DNA of 62,625 nt, the filler included, from Asterionella formosa (Eukaryota), in the NCBI GenBank assembly GCA_002256025.1. It is 27 parts of 27 records of this genome, joined end to end, with 100 filler letters (N's around TTAATTAATTAA, not from the genome) between each part and the next. Parts side by side here need not be neighbours in the genome. Positions count along the whole stretch, not along the records: positions 9,313 to 11,539 come from NKIB01000184.1; positions 11,640 to 13,866 come from NKIB01000185.1; positions 13,967 to 16,193 come from NKIB01000186.1; positions 16,294 to 18,517 come from NKIB01000187.1; positions 18,618 to 20,843 come from NKIB01000188.1; positions 20,944 to 23,169 come from NKIB01000189.1; positions 23,270 to 25,494 come from NKIB01000190.1; 20 more parts are not named here. The stretch is one strand, 5' to 3'. Shown here in pieces: positions 10,654 to 23,780 of this stretch; within the stretch, counting starts at the first letter, position 1; the number at the start of each line of letters is the position of its first letter. The notes beneath the pieces were generated by a model that was not told the DNA's origin, ran no database searches, and was given only the letters and a program-made list of their open reading frames with translations. A program made the translations under genes and the position numbers.

Positions 10654-11639
10654 GAGGATGCATCGATATGAAAATTTAACTGTTGAAAATTAAAGTTTAA
10701 AATATACATAATGTCAGAGAAGTAATCTGAAATGTCTCTATTATCAGAGCGCAAGGACGATATTATGAAGCAGATCACCAGAATAATTTGTGTTATAATA
10801 CACACATGATATAATGATTTTTTATTATCAGAGCGCGCCCAGTCATCACATGTCTTCGATGAATCATCATCTACATTGCACAGTATGTTTGTACTATGCA
10901 ATCCGTTAAGAGCTTGAAAAGATATCCAATGAAAACGAAATGGCTCATCACACAAGACGAATATTTCCGGCCGGTCTGTCACCAGGCAGAGCATCAATCA
11001 GTGTTATAACCTCAATCATAGCTAAACCACATCCATTAGAGAACTGCACAATCTACTTCTCTTTAGTAGCATTGTCTCTCTAACAAGAACGTAATACATC
11101 TAGAATTGAAACGCAGCATAGCAGGCGATATGCACAAAGAAGCATGAGACTGTGCCGTCTATTTATAGTAACAGAGTGATTCTGGTTTCGTAATTTTCAT
11201 GTCACATTAGATTTTCTTTGTCATCGTACTAGTTCCTTACCTTTGAAGACAGGAGCGTAGCTATTCTTTGATGTATCTGGAATATTTCAATGGATGGCAG
11301 CAGTTGGATTTAGACACAAACCTCGACAAAAGCACTAGTAGCTACCTTGTAGATGTTCATGAAAAGCGAGACACTTTGCTTGGCCTATCGCCCACCAGCC
11401 AGTCTATACTGGAAAAATGCAAGAAGCAAGCACAAGTTGAATGCCCATTTATGGATTCAAGTTTCAGTAGTGCAACAATGTACAATATTAGAAACCGGAA
11501 GTCACATTTCATCTAATTACGGTTTTCATTAGCTATACTNNNNNNNNNNNNNNNNNNNNNNNNNNNNNNNNNNNNNNNNNNNNTTAATTAATTAANNNNN
11601 NNNNNNNNNNNNNNNNNNNNNNNNNNNNNNNNNNNNNNN

Positions 11640-13866
11640 AAACCCATATAATTCTAACCCATGGGCTATCACGGGATTGGAAAACCAAGGATACAATTGG
11701 CAAGTTCCATTCGTTAAATGTGACTCGCGCGCTTGTCAAGCTGCAGGCGAGAACGCAGCGGAACTGTATTGCCAGTACCAAATCTTGGCGGTCGCCCCCT
11801 CCAACAGTTCTGATACCATTGGGATAGCTCGTTCCTTATCGTTTACTGAATACACTTACAATAAATATCCTGCCCTGGTGACAAACAAGCCGTTTAACTA
11901 TAGCTTCATCAAGATATTCGAAAGCAACCAAGATATCGAGAACTACGTCACATCTAGTAATTATGGGAGTTCAGGATATCCAAAGATTGGCCTTGCCGTG
12001 ATTTTCACCGGAGGATCGTCGGAGAAGGATTACGCGTACACCCTTCGTGTTAATTCTACAAATTTTAACTCACCTGAGAACGAAGGACGACCCGCAGCAA
12101 CTACCACGCCATCTACCAGCAAAATTTTTGATAACTTGGCCAATATTGACGATGTGTGCGTGCCAATAGGTGGAACAGCATTAATGGGCCCAGGAGAAAA
12201 TTCATGCACCTACCAATACATCTATAATGGTCTGCTTATCATTCAGCGCCTCGTTGATGATTGGATTATTGACCATTCTGGAGCTGCCACTAAGGGCTAT
12301 AGTGTTGCCGAACATGGTGTGCAGTTTGTACCATTTCCCTCAAAACAATATACCAAAAACGGTTTCTATGCTTCTATTTCAGGTAAGTCTCCGATCTACG
12401 AGGCAACATGCATCATAGTTAGGTCTATGCTCTTCGACATTGAATTGGTCACTAATCGATGCATTGAACAGACTTCCTCCCCCTTCTTGTTGTTCTTGGA
12501 TTCCTCTACCCTGTTGCATGCGTGATTCGCTCAATTACATTGGAGAAGCAATTGAAGCAGAAAGAATTGATGAAGATGATGAGTGTGTCTGAAAGTGACA
12601 TTGGCTGGAGTTGTGAGTATTTTTTATCCTTGTAACCCCGTTTTGACCATTATAATAATCTAACTTTACCTCTCGTTTTAAGGGTTTTGTTCTTATTTTC
12701 TCTTTTACCTTATCACGAGTTTTGCTTTGACTGGCTCCACAATGGCTCTCTACTCCAATTCATCAGGCGGCTTTCTATGGGTTTTCTGGGCATTTGCGAT
12801 GTTGGGTGTGATTGTGTTTTGCATGTTTATCGCTTCGTTGTTTACCAAAGCAACAACAGCTACTTTGGTTGGTTTGCTGGCCACCATCGTCGGCTACTTC
12901 GTGACTTTGGCGGCTGACTACGCAAATGGCAATGCTTCGCTGATCAATCTTGTTTCAATATTTCCCATGGCGGCTATCTCCTATGGACTTCAGGAGATTG
13001 GCAGACTTGAAGATGCAGGTATTGGAGTGAACAGTGGCACATTTTCGAGCAGTGATAATACATCTGGTTTCACTTTCCTAGCAGCTATTCGTTCGCTCGC
13101 CTTTGACAGCATTTTCTGGGGCATATTGACCTGGTACAGCAATCGTACAATCCGTACAGATTATGGTCAGCCGCTTCCTTTTTATTTTCCTTTTACTATG
13201 AGTTACTGGTTCCCAGGACGTGCAGTAGCTCCTGCATCCTCTGACGAAAGCGAAATCACGTATCACGAAGGATTCCCTGTTGAACCCGTCACCGAAGCTC
13301 TTCGTGCTCAGACTCAGCAAGGGGAAGGAATTGAAATCAGAGGTTTACGAAAGGTCTTTGGCGACAAGCTTGCGGTCGACAACTTGTCGTTGAATATGTA
13401 CAAGCACCAAGTAACCGCGTTACTCGGACACAATGGAGCAGGGTAAGAAACCACAAAGAAACCCGACGTTTTTGTTCATTGTATTCTCACACACGGCTAA
13501 TTTTGTTTTTATTCCTTTTGGAACAACGAACAGGAAAACTACCACTATTTCCATGCTAACGGGTATGATTACTCCGACAGAAGGATATGCTGTCATCGCT
13601 GGCAAGGATATTAGAACCCAGATGAGTCAGATTCGTGACGATATTGGTATCTGCTTGCAACACGATTGCTTGTTTCCAGACTTGACAGTTCAGGAGCATC
13701 TTGAATTTTTCAACAGGCTTAAGGGTTCCTATTCGAAGTATTCGAGACAAGAAATTGCTGAGAAGATCCAGACCTCGATGGACGATGTGGCACTTTTGGA
13801 AAAGAGAAACACATACACGAAGAACTTGAGTGGAGGGATGAAAAGAAAATTGAGTGTCGCCATTGC
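11640..13866 (+). CDS. ABC transporter subfamily A (partial); exons <11640-12382, 12472-12612, 12683-13442, 13534->13866
   Basis: Large extracellular loop, transmembrane segments, EKQLKQKELMKMM motif, Walker A LLGHNGAG|KTT split by a GT-AG intron, and signature LSGGMKRKLSVAI. All three introns keep the reading frame. Confidence 0.93.
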
Positions 13867-13966
13867 NNNNNNNNNNNNNNNNNNNNNNNNNNNNNNNNNN
13901 NNNNNNNNNNTTAATTAATTAANNNNNNNNNNNNNNNNNNNNNNNNNNNNNNNNNNNNNNNNNNNN

Positions 13967-16193
13967 TATGGTTGTATGTATCCAGTGACAAGGTTACCAC
14001 CAAAATATCATCACTGGACCTGGCTAAGATGACATGACATTGATTGATTGTACCTTGGTAGATGCATTGATCTGCGCGACTTTTGATTAGGCCCAGTTGT
14101 CCACAGACAAGCACTTTATCAACCTGTTCTCTCCATTCTCGAGAAGCATCTTTGCGCCCTTGGACATGAGCAAACATTTCCACACCCAAGCTTTTCCAAG
14201 ATTGTTTGGACGGTGGGAATGTGTGTTCAATTGTTTTATATTGAACTGGGAATCTGGTTTGATACCAGAGCATATATTCTGGAAAAACTTTGAGCCAAAT
14301 ACGGTTCCCTGCTGCATTAGGTGGAGCTGGAGTATTTTGAAAGGCATTGCTAATATCGAGAGGATAGAAACCGTAATGCATACTATAGTTGCAAATAGCG
14401 AAAAAACTTTGATCGACATGGCGAGTATGGTGGGAGCAAAAGATTCAGTATAATCCATTCCTTTAATTTGATAGCTGCCATTCACACATAGCTGGACTTT
14501 GCGATCATTTATCTGTTGGGCTGAATTCACCACATGTTTGAGAACCAAGACAGCCGGAAACAGAGTGGCATGATGGGGTGGAAGGCCTGGAACGCCAAAG
14601 GTCCAAATGCTAGCTATGACAGATATCTAGATGATGAAAGAGCGCCGTGGTCCATTCTCCTCTGAATGGTCCTTTCATAGCTTCATGAAACAATCGTGGA
14701 GAGAGTGTCTTGGGATGAAAAGTGATGGAAGAGACAGTAAGGCAAAAAATGAGGAGCGAAGCTCATCGCTTCATGAAACGACCGTGGACAGAGTGTATTG
14801 GGATGAAAAGTGATGGAAGAGACAGTTAAGCCTGGGCGAAGCATACTGATATCCCCTGCACTGAAGGAGAATGTATCTTTCCAGTAATGGCTCATGCGTG
14901 GTTTCTTTACCAAAAGTAGAAAGTGAGCTTGGTGGGCATACCAGGAACTAATCATGGATCATGAGTGAGGATTGTCACTTAATAAAAGACGCCCATGTGT
15001 AGCGAGTACATATCCATCAAGTATCTCTTCAGCATCATTGATGGTGTGCACGTCATTTCTGTTAATCTGTAACAGCACTCTACCCTTTAATAATTGTGTA
15101 GGGCCTTTTGTCATAAGACGCCAAAATGTACTATTGGGTTCAATCCCAATTATCTCACATTGTGCTAGGTTGGCATGGTAATGAATAATTAAGCCATTTG
15201 CCTCATCTGGTAACAGATCAGATATTTCTGTAATGGACATGTCGTGATTAAGCCATGGTGAACAACTCGGGATTAAATTAGAGATTGCTGTTCGTAAAGC
15301 GGACGTGTGAGTTGCAATGAAAACATCAACAGCTGGTGATCCGGGAGCTTCTGCTGCTGGAGACCGATCACTAGGAAGTCTGTGAACTCATAGTTTATCT
15401 ACGATAGCATGATGAGCATATTGGACCTCGCCTGAGTCCCAATATATTGGTAAATGTGCGCAGTCCCCTGGAAACCAACAATGTCCCAAGAAGCAAGTGT
15501 ATTAGAATCAGGACGATGCCGACTGGCGTGTCAATTCTTGACATGATGGAGTGGACAGCCGAAAATAAAGGCCATTGATAAATTAGGTGCTTGTTTGTGG
15601 AACACTACATGAGGGGTGCAACCATTATGGGCATCACTAGGCCGAACATTAAGAAGAAAGTGGCATATGTGACAGCAAACCACCACAATGAGGGATCAAT
15701 TTGTGCTGCAGCATATAAGAGACATTGAGCTATGAGTCCAATAAGTTTGATGTGGACCTCAGCTTTTCCGTTTTGTGAGGATGAGTGCATCAGTGGGCTC
15801 CACCAAGATGGGCAGCAGAGACAACTTGGTCTTGAGTGTCCGGTTAGCAAAGAATTCCCCATCCATACGGATACAGCTCACAGCGTTGCCAGTACGGATC
15901 TGAAAGTGCTGGATGATCCAAAGGATGAGCTTCACTAGGGTAGTGCGTGATTGACTGCAGAATTTCCAACAATGATTAGAGGTCGCTTCTATAACCAGTA
16001 AAAATTATTTAAATTCATTGCAGGATTGTTTACCATAGAAGTAAAAAATCCATATGGATAAGGCTTCCAATTACCTTGAAAAGGAGATTCAGCAGTAGGA
16101 CCTCTGGATAAGGAGGGTAGTTTTTCCTTGAGACAAATTGGACAGGAGAATATGTCTGGTATAGGAACATTCAAAAGGAGACCCGTAACGCTT
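13967..16193 (-). mobile_element. Degraded Ty1/Copia retrotransposon (integrase remnants to RT)
   Basis: CPICLKEKL zinc-binding remnant; RT motifs GSYQIKGMDYTESFAP, LDISNAFQN, QGRKDASREW, KSRADQCIY; many stops and frameshifts. Confidence 0.8.
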
Positions 16194-16293
16194 NNNNNNN
16201 NNNNNNNNNNNNNNNNNNNNNNNNNNNNNNNNNNNNNTTAATTAATTAANNNNNNNNNNNNNNNNNNNNNNNNNNNNNNNNNNNNNNNNNNNN

Positions 16294-16793
16294 GCGAGGT
16301 CACAAGGCCTGTTGATAGCCTATTCATTTCTCGATCTAGCTTTGTAGATTTCGTAGCATAATTCGTACGATGCTCGTTCGTACTCATACCACCTGCGACG
16401 GAATCTGCAAAGCTCACTCTCGTGGGAGTACTGGGATCGTCCTGTTTCGTTGGTTGTGTCGTATCAGCGCCTTGTTCGTCAGGAGGTATTGCGTTGGAAG
16501 GTTTAGTAGGAGTGTCAAATTCCTCATCTATACCCGATCCGTCTGTAGTGAATTCGTCCATGTCCGCTGTCGGTTTGGCATTTCCATGCCAGTCAGCCCA
16601 TTTAAGGTCTCTTGTGTTGAAGACCTTTTTCGTAGCAACGTTGTACATGCGGTAGGTATCACCGGCGTGGTCATGGCTGTATCCAAGCATGACACATTTG
16701 ACACTTTTTGGGGTTAGTTTCTGCCTTGGCGTCCGAATCGTGGCCCACCCCACCCTGCCAAACTGAATCAGGTGAGGATAAATCTTAGGCTGA
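16294..16793 (-). mobile_element. Copia integrase C-terminal/linker fragment, interrupted by a DNA element at ~16794
   Basis: IYPHLIQFGRVGW...KLTPKSVKCVMLGYSHDHAGDTYRMYN, homologous to the Copia copies at 44171-55672. Confidence 0.9.
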
Positions 16794-18517
16794 GGCCGTT
16801 GCTAACCGTTGACCCAAACCAAAACCCAAAAACTTTTTTTTGGATTGGTTTTGGTTTTGGTCAACTGACGAAAAAACGATGCTATCGGTTTTTGGGAAAT
16901 CCTAAATGCTGTCAACCACCCATCTACTGTGACGTAGGATGACAAAACCATTATAAAAAAAGTAAAATATTTCTATTAGACTACTTTTATAAATGAAATA
17001 TTATGATTCCTATTTGGGAATTAGTTAGTTTTTCCCGCAATTTGAGCGATGCTGCTGTCTTGTTGTCATCCAACTACACACCAGTATGTATATATATATT
17101 AAAGAGTCGTAAATATATAATCCAAGTAGATATTACCAGGTACACAACAACAACAAGAACATAACAACATCTGTCGATTGCCAACAATCAGCATCCTCGA
17201 TCATGGTGCCAGCACCCCTTCCAGCCAAGAGCTCTCTTTCTCCCTCTGCATGGCAAAAGGAGTTGCAACGAACTGTTGCTGTTGCTGTTCTGGACAAGGT
17301 ATCAGGAGGGCCAACAATGACAATCAAAAATCTTCAGAATAAAATATATCTACTTTATCATGGCGATCCATCCGTGAAAGGAAGCATTGGATATTTGGAG
17401 TCTCTGCTGAGGGGAAGGGGTCAGTTCGAAGACCTTTGGAGTAGAGAGGAGCTGAATACCAACCTCCCAGAAAGAAATGCAGATCGTGTTTCTGCCTTTG
17501 ATTTGGTCTTAAAAGATTGCTATTCCCGTGATTATCAAAACAGATATGTTGTTGGCTCTCAATTCACTACAAGATCTCTTGCAGGCACTGGAATGAAAAA
17601 TATGTCCACTTTAATTACTGGTCGAACTCTATTGAAGATGGCTCAGCATGCCCTTCTGAATTGGAAGAAGGCCTTAGCATTTGGGTCGCAATTTTTACTC
17701 CCTGATGGGACTTTGCCTTCCGGGAACAATGTTGAGGACTATGACAACCATGTATTAAACCATATGTTTCGATATCTGAAGGGTCGAACCAGCTATAGCG
17801 ACCCAGCTAATGATGAGGATGAGGATGATGATGATGAGGAAATCTTGGGTGCTGCTGTGGCATTGAATGATGATGTTGGGATGCCTGTGGATTATTATTT
17901 TCATGGCTGGATTGGATTCAAATTGTTTGGACCATTTGCTAGAGATGAGTTCAAGTCTATTCTCTTGCTAACAAAGGATTGTGTCTTTGAGAATGGCAAG
18001 AAAGAATCAGCAGGCCGTGCATCAGCTAGAAAATTGGTTGCAGAAGAACGAAGTTTCAGTCGTGCTTCTGATATGTCAATTGATTGCTCCATTCGAAGCA
18101 GAGGCCAGCTGAAAGTCGAGGACGCATCAGTAGAAGCAGCAAAACTGGCTTTATCAGAAGATTTGATTAACAATTCAATTGTGGGAAATGCATTGTTTGG
18201 TCTGAGTCAATCTGCTGCATGCACTCGTGATCGGATGAAAGGTCTTCTGCAACAACAAGCTAGATACCCATTGGAACATATAATGTTTGCAAACATCCAA
18301 ACCAAGCTTGATATTTTAGATGGAAAACTGGAATCTATTACAAATCAGATTGACAGTCTGTCTTCTCAGAGAACCAGAAAACGTGAAAACATTGTGGATG
18401 AGTATTACTCAAAGAAGAGTAGATTCATGTCATCATCAAGTCCATTGTCAGATGATATTCCCAGCTCAAGCCCTTTCTCACCTGTGAATGACTTGGGTAT
18501 ATTAAGTATGACTACTA
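16794..18517 (+). mobile_element. Probable Harbinger-like DNA element end with a subterminal inverted repeat
   Basis: Copia homology stops abruptly at TGA|GGCCGTTGCTAACC. A 19-bp inverted repeat lies at 16808-16826/16847-16865. The terminus resembles GGGTCGTTCTTATC of the Harbinger end at 26892. Confidence 0.55.
17203..18517 (+). CDS. Uncharacterised protein (>438 aa, truncated) carried inside the inserted element
   Basis: Long intact ORF with an acidic patch, an FHGWIGFKLFGP motif and a C-terminal coiled-coil-like region. Confidence 0.65.
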
Positions 18518-18617
18518 NNNNNNNNNNNNNNNNNNNNNNNNNNNNNNNNNNNNNNNNNNNNTTAATTAATTAANNNNNNNNNNNNNNNNNNNNNNNNNNN
18601 NNNNNNNNNNNNNNNNN

Positions 18618-19003
18618 AAGCGAGAAGGACGTTCTGATAAGGCTGCTGAAATTGAAGAGTCTTGATAACCTCGTATGGACGAGTTTTGAACCGAATTACG
18701 ACCTTTGTAGTGCTTGAGTTCATTGACCAATTGATTATATCCTTGGGCAAGTGCAAAATGTTTTTCCCTCAGTTTTTCGTGTACTTGTTGGTCCGTGCGA
18801 TTAGAAAATATATGATATGGTACCATGTCGTCCATCTGCATCCGGGAGCTTTTAATGGTATCATCGACAGGAGCCATTTTTCTTGTATCAATAACTGAAA
18901 AAGAAATGTCATCATCGCTGTCAGTATCAATAACGGGATCCTTTGTACTAGTAGCTGATGGTGTCCCCATCGACGATGGGGTATTACCCCCAACGTCTCC
19001 CAA
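18618..19003 (-). CDS. Possible hypothetical protein exon (truncated)
   Basis: Open frame of about 128 aa running into the linker; no motif recognised. Confidence 0.3.
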
Positions 19004-19203
19004 CCGCCAATTGGGTTGCTTTGGATAATCGCCTATTCGCTTTTCTTTGTTAACTCATTTTGGAACTTGCTTCTTTGTTCGCTACCGGCAGTATTTGCCA
19101 CATGTCGCTTGTTTCCCTGAACCTCTTTATGGTTTCTTGAAGACATTGTACTACTTGATAATTGTTGTCGTTGTCTTCCTTAAAGTTCGATGATCTTAAA
19201 TTC

Positions 19204-19389
19204 ATTTACTGTCCCGCTGCAGTAGCAGTAGTCATAGACATATGGTGTTCTGTTGCTTGCTTAGTACTCCGACCATTGGTTTTTAGTTTTAGGATCATAC
19301 AATCCTAAAACTATGATGATTTACTGTCCCACTGCAGTAGCAACAGTCCTGAACATATGGTGTTCTGTTGCTAGTTTACTACTCCGACT
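19204..19389. repeat. ~70-bp direct repeat, two copies 115 bp apart
   Basis: atttactgtccc.ctgcagtagca..agtc...acatatggtgttctgttgct...tactccgac at 19204 and 19319. Confidence 0.8.
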
Positions 19390-20976
19390 ACCCCAAGTAT
19401 ATCACTTACTACCTGCTACTGGTACTCTGTATACATATATGATATATTGTTATTGTCATATGATGTACCGGTACACATGAAGAGCTCCCAACCAAAAAAA
19501 AGGTGCTTAAACAATTTGCTACCAAAACCCTTGCGGTTATGACTTACACCAATTGAATGGTCTAAATAATTAGTTTCAACGGACGTAGAAAATATCGATG
19601 CAAACAAATTTCAGAAATAATACCGGTACACGTAGTCGTGGAAAACAATGGACATATAGTGCATTGAGTATTTTCGTATTATGTATATGCGAGTATGATC
19701 ATCTCAACCATATCAGATGTTCCATATCGAGAGCGCCTTTGAATTTTATAAATGTATAACACTTCATATATATATATTTACAAATTTTATTACTTTATTC
19801 ATGGCATATATATTTTTGAAATCGTTCTGTCATGTTCACAAACAATGCCTGCTGCTTCATGAAAAGATACGTTGTAGTAAAGCACATGACAAGAAAAGAA
19901 AGTTTACGAAATACATGACGAAAAATATGTGGCTTCGACACATTGCGCCTTCGAAGGATGGAGAATGTTCAAAGTAATGAAGCCATCAATGTGGTACTTG
20001 GATGACAATCGTTGGAAGGCAGGACAACAACAAATTGTTAACTAAACGCACATTTCCTTTTTTCTCAGTTGATTCAACAGCTCGTTTCGCTTCTTGGGGA
20101 GCACCAATGTAAAAGAAAACCAAACCAAATTGCGTAAGTGCTCTTGTCGCTCGTTGGACCTATTCACTTCTGTTGGAAAAAAACTGACAAAACGTTTACC
20201 TTCTCTCAAAGTTAAGCTGACAAAACTGAACCGGTAAGTTTTATTCAACAACATTGGATACCCGAAACTTACTTATTCAAGAATTACTGACAAGTTACTA
20301 TTACAGACTTATGCATCAGTTGCATTGATTTGTGGTAAGTGAAGCAAGAGGATACGACGGAATTGCGTGTTCTTGTGTCAATGTAACATGACTAGCTAAC
20401 AAATCATTCCTTCTCATTGTTACTGTAACTGCATGCATAGGACAATAAAAACAATCAGACAACGGAATAGTCGGCAAGTTCAGAATGACACTTACAGCAG
20501 GGAAAGAGACGCAGCATCAGTAAGGCACTGCCTCGCACACGATTCAGAACAGAGGAAGAAATAACGAGAAAGGAATATACATTGAGACAAGTGGAGAGGT
20601 GAGAAACATCGGGTAGCTGTCGAAACAGAAGTATCATTGTTAAATTTGTTAATTAAATTACGATCTATTCCAATCCTTTTTGAACAATGCTTCTGATTAG
20701 AATTATGATCATGTTGAAGATAGATTTACGATTAAAAAATTCACATGATAGCATAGAGTTGAGCTGGTTTTAGGATACGTTGTAGTTATAATTTACATTG
20801 GGCAATCACGAGAAGTGAAAATAATATGAGAAGGTTTATGATANNNNNNNNNNNNNNNNNNNNNNNNNNNNNNNNNNNNNNNNNNNNTTAATTAATTAAN
20901 NNNNNNNNNNNNNNNNNNNNNNNNNNNNNNNNNNNNNNNNNNNACAACACTCGACTCATCATCTCGAGCGACCACA

Positions 20977-22367
20977 ATGACACGGTGCTCCACTACTATA
21001 ATGCTTTTACTTGAAGCCACGATCATGTTGGTTCACGCTGTTGTTGGCACAATGGCTAGTAGTCATTCCGGTACAGGTACTGCTCATACTACGACGACCT
21101 TCAATTCCAGCAACAGCAGCAATTCGTACTCCTACACTCCCTCCAAATTGGTTGCTAATTTTGAGGCATTTTATTCTACATCACAAGCAGGAACAAATAC
21201 ATCATTCGTTGACACATCGAGTTGCTGGGCACCCAATGTCGGAAGCACACGACGACAACATCAACAACAACAGCAACATCAACATCAACAACGAGGCACT
21301 ACCAATGGTAAAACTCAACCATTGAAAGTGGCAGCTATTCAGTTGACAGCGATAGAATCAATCGACAATGACATTGTTGGCTTTATGGAACGAGCTGTAG
21401 CGGCTGTCCGAAAGGCAGCCAAGGAAGGTGCTACCTTGATTGTCTTACCAGAGCTCGTCATGGGACCCTACTTTTGTCAATCTCAAGATGCGATATTAAT
21501 GAACTTGGCAACCCAAGTCAACAGCGATAACGTGATCCTTTCCACATTCCAAAAACTTGCTATAGAGCTTCATGTCGTCCTGCCGATAAGTATTTTTGAA
21601 TCTTCCATCAACCATGTAGTGTTGTACAATTCGGTTGTTATGATCAATTCCGATGGTCGCATCTTGGGGACCTACCGAAAGTCACATATTCCGGATGGGA
21701 CTGGCTATCAAGAAAAGTTTTATTTTTCTCCTGGTGATTCGGGATTCCAAGTCTTTGATACATCTGTTGGTAAAGTGGGGGTTGGTATATGTTGGGATCA
21801 ATGGTTTCCAGAAGTAGCACGAAGTATGGCATTGTTGGGGGCTACTGTTTTGTTGTACCCCACTGCTATTGGGAGTGAGCCTCAAGATCCAACTCTGCAC
21901 TCCATGAGACATTGGCAACGTACTATGCAAGGACATGCTGCAGCAAATGTTAAGTATTTTTTGTTTCTTGTTGTTATTGTGTTTTTTGCTCCATGATAAT
22001 CACACTTTTTCGTATTTATCTGAGTTTTATTTGGACTTTTTTAAAAATCTATACTCATGTTCTCACACACCTAAAAAATAATTTCTAATTAAAGATGATT
22101 CCTGTTGTGGCGTCCAATCGATATGGGACAGAAATATTACTCCATCCTGATGGAACAGAACAACAACGTATCCATTTCTATGGAAAGTCTTTCATTACTG
22201 ACATTACTGGTGAGATCATACAAGAAGCCATGGATGGAGCAGATATTTTATACAGTGACATTGATATCATTCAAAATAAAGCTCAACGACAAGCCTTTGG
22301 CTTCTTTCGAGATCGACGTCCTGACTTGTATGAACTATTACTGACCAAAGATGGTTCAGTGCATTAG
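20977..22367 (+). CDS. aguB: N-carbamoylputrescine amidase (nitrilase superfamily); exons 20977-21948 and 22095-22367
   Basis: E-K-C catalytic triad motifs LPEL, YRKSHIPDG.GYQEKFYF and GICWDQWFPE; also YPTAIGSEP, GHAAAN|MIPVVASNR across a GT-AG intron, and FFRDRRPDLY. Confidence 0.93.
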
Positions 22368-22413
22368 TCAAAACTACATGCTCTACTTTTAATTATCCAT
22401 GATTGTGCTCTAG

Positions 22414-23100
22414 TTAAAAGAATTTGATCCCATCCTCAGAGCTTGTTTCACCTTGAAAGATGGTACATTTCCCTTGATTTTCCAAAATCAAAAGTGCTCG
22501 TCGTAATAAATCTTCATCTGCCCCTTGGAAGGACATGCCATTCACATCTTCACCTGAATGTAATTCATAGACAGTACAAACAGCCCCAACATATCCATTT
22601 GACTGTGCCCATTGGTACACATCAACTGCCAATTGTTCTGGCTTTCTCCATAAAATCCGACAAACTTCATGTTCACCACCATTACTGCTTAGCCACTCTC
22701 CATGACCTGAATGTAACACAAAGTCCATCATGACTGTCTTAATTTCATCCTTGGACAAGGATCGTCCAATTGTAGCATTGGTCCACAATGGACAATCTTG
22801 AATGACCAATGTTTTAATTTTCTGAAATGTGTGATAATCTAAAATCAGTTGTCTCCATAAGGCAAGTTGCTTTTCTCTTGTCTCTAACACTGGTTGGATT
22901 GTAAAGAAGGGAGGGAAGTTGTAGAATTCGGGAAACTTTTTATATAAATACAGTATAATATATATATATCCATAAAAGTATGTAATGTCTAGATGCGTGA
23001 GTCAACAGAATTTGATGGTTTTGTGCTGAGTGATGAGAACAACAAGAGTCAAAAGTGATTGTTGTGATCGTACCTCAAAACTACCAGTACCTGTACTCAT
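22414..23100 (-). CDS. VPS25: ESCRT-II subunit VPS25; exons 23100-23074 and 22935-22414
   Basis: Spliced N-terminus MSTGTGSFE|FPEFYNFPPFFTIQP (PPFFT.QP hallmark), W..LILDY, CTVYEL, and C-terminal DGIKFF. Confidence 0.93.
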
Positions 23101-23780
23101 CTTCTAATAAATTATGTACCGGTGTGTACCTTTTCGTTGTTCCTCGAGAACGAAGGGGTCTAACGGTATNNNNNNNNNNNNNNNNNNNNNNNNNNNNNNN
23201 NNNNNNNNNNNNNTTAATTAATTAANNNNNNNNNNNNNNNNNNNNNNNNNNNNNNNNNNNNNNNNNNNNTTTTTTTCACCACCTATTCTAGAGCAAGTAG
23301 CAGAGGAAGATTGAACTCCATATTGGCCTATGAGCAAAGTTAAAAGAGAGAGATGAGAAATGGGATGATGAAATGGATTGTGGGCTTGATTTCGCTCCGA
23401 AGAATTATTCATTATTGGGAAGCAAGGTTCAATATAGGTTTATATACATAGGGTAGTTGCACATTATGATGCCATTCTCCAAACATGGATATGCTCTGCA
23501 CTCAAGAAATTTATATGGCTTTTGTGGGAAACATTTATGAGCTATCAAAGGTTTATACAGCAATGCAAGGACACACTTGGTTTCAACAGATAAGGAGCAA
23601 AGCTAGACTGAGATGTTGCAGACTCTTTCATAATGCGATTATAGATCTTTGTGGCTGGCATGTAATGGCAGCAAAAAAGCGTGTGTGTACTACATGTGAA
23701 TGAGTCCCCAACAAAGTCTGGAAACACACGAAATGCACATATTGTCAGCCTCAATCTTCTGGTTGATTCACACCGCTGAA

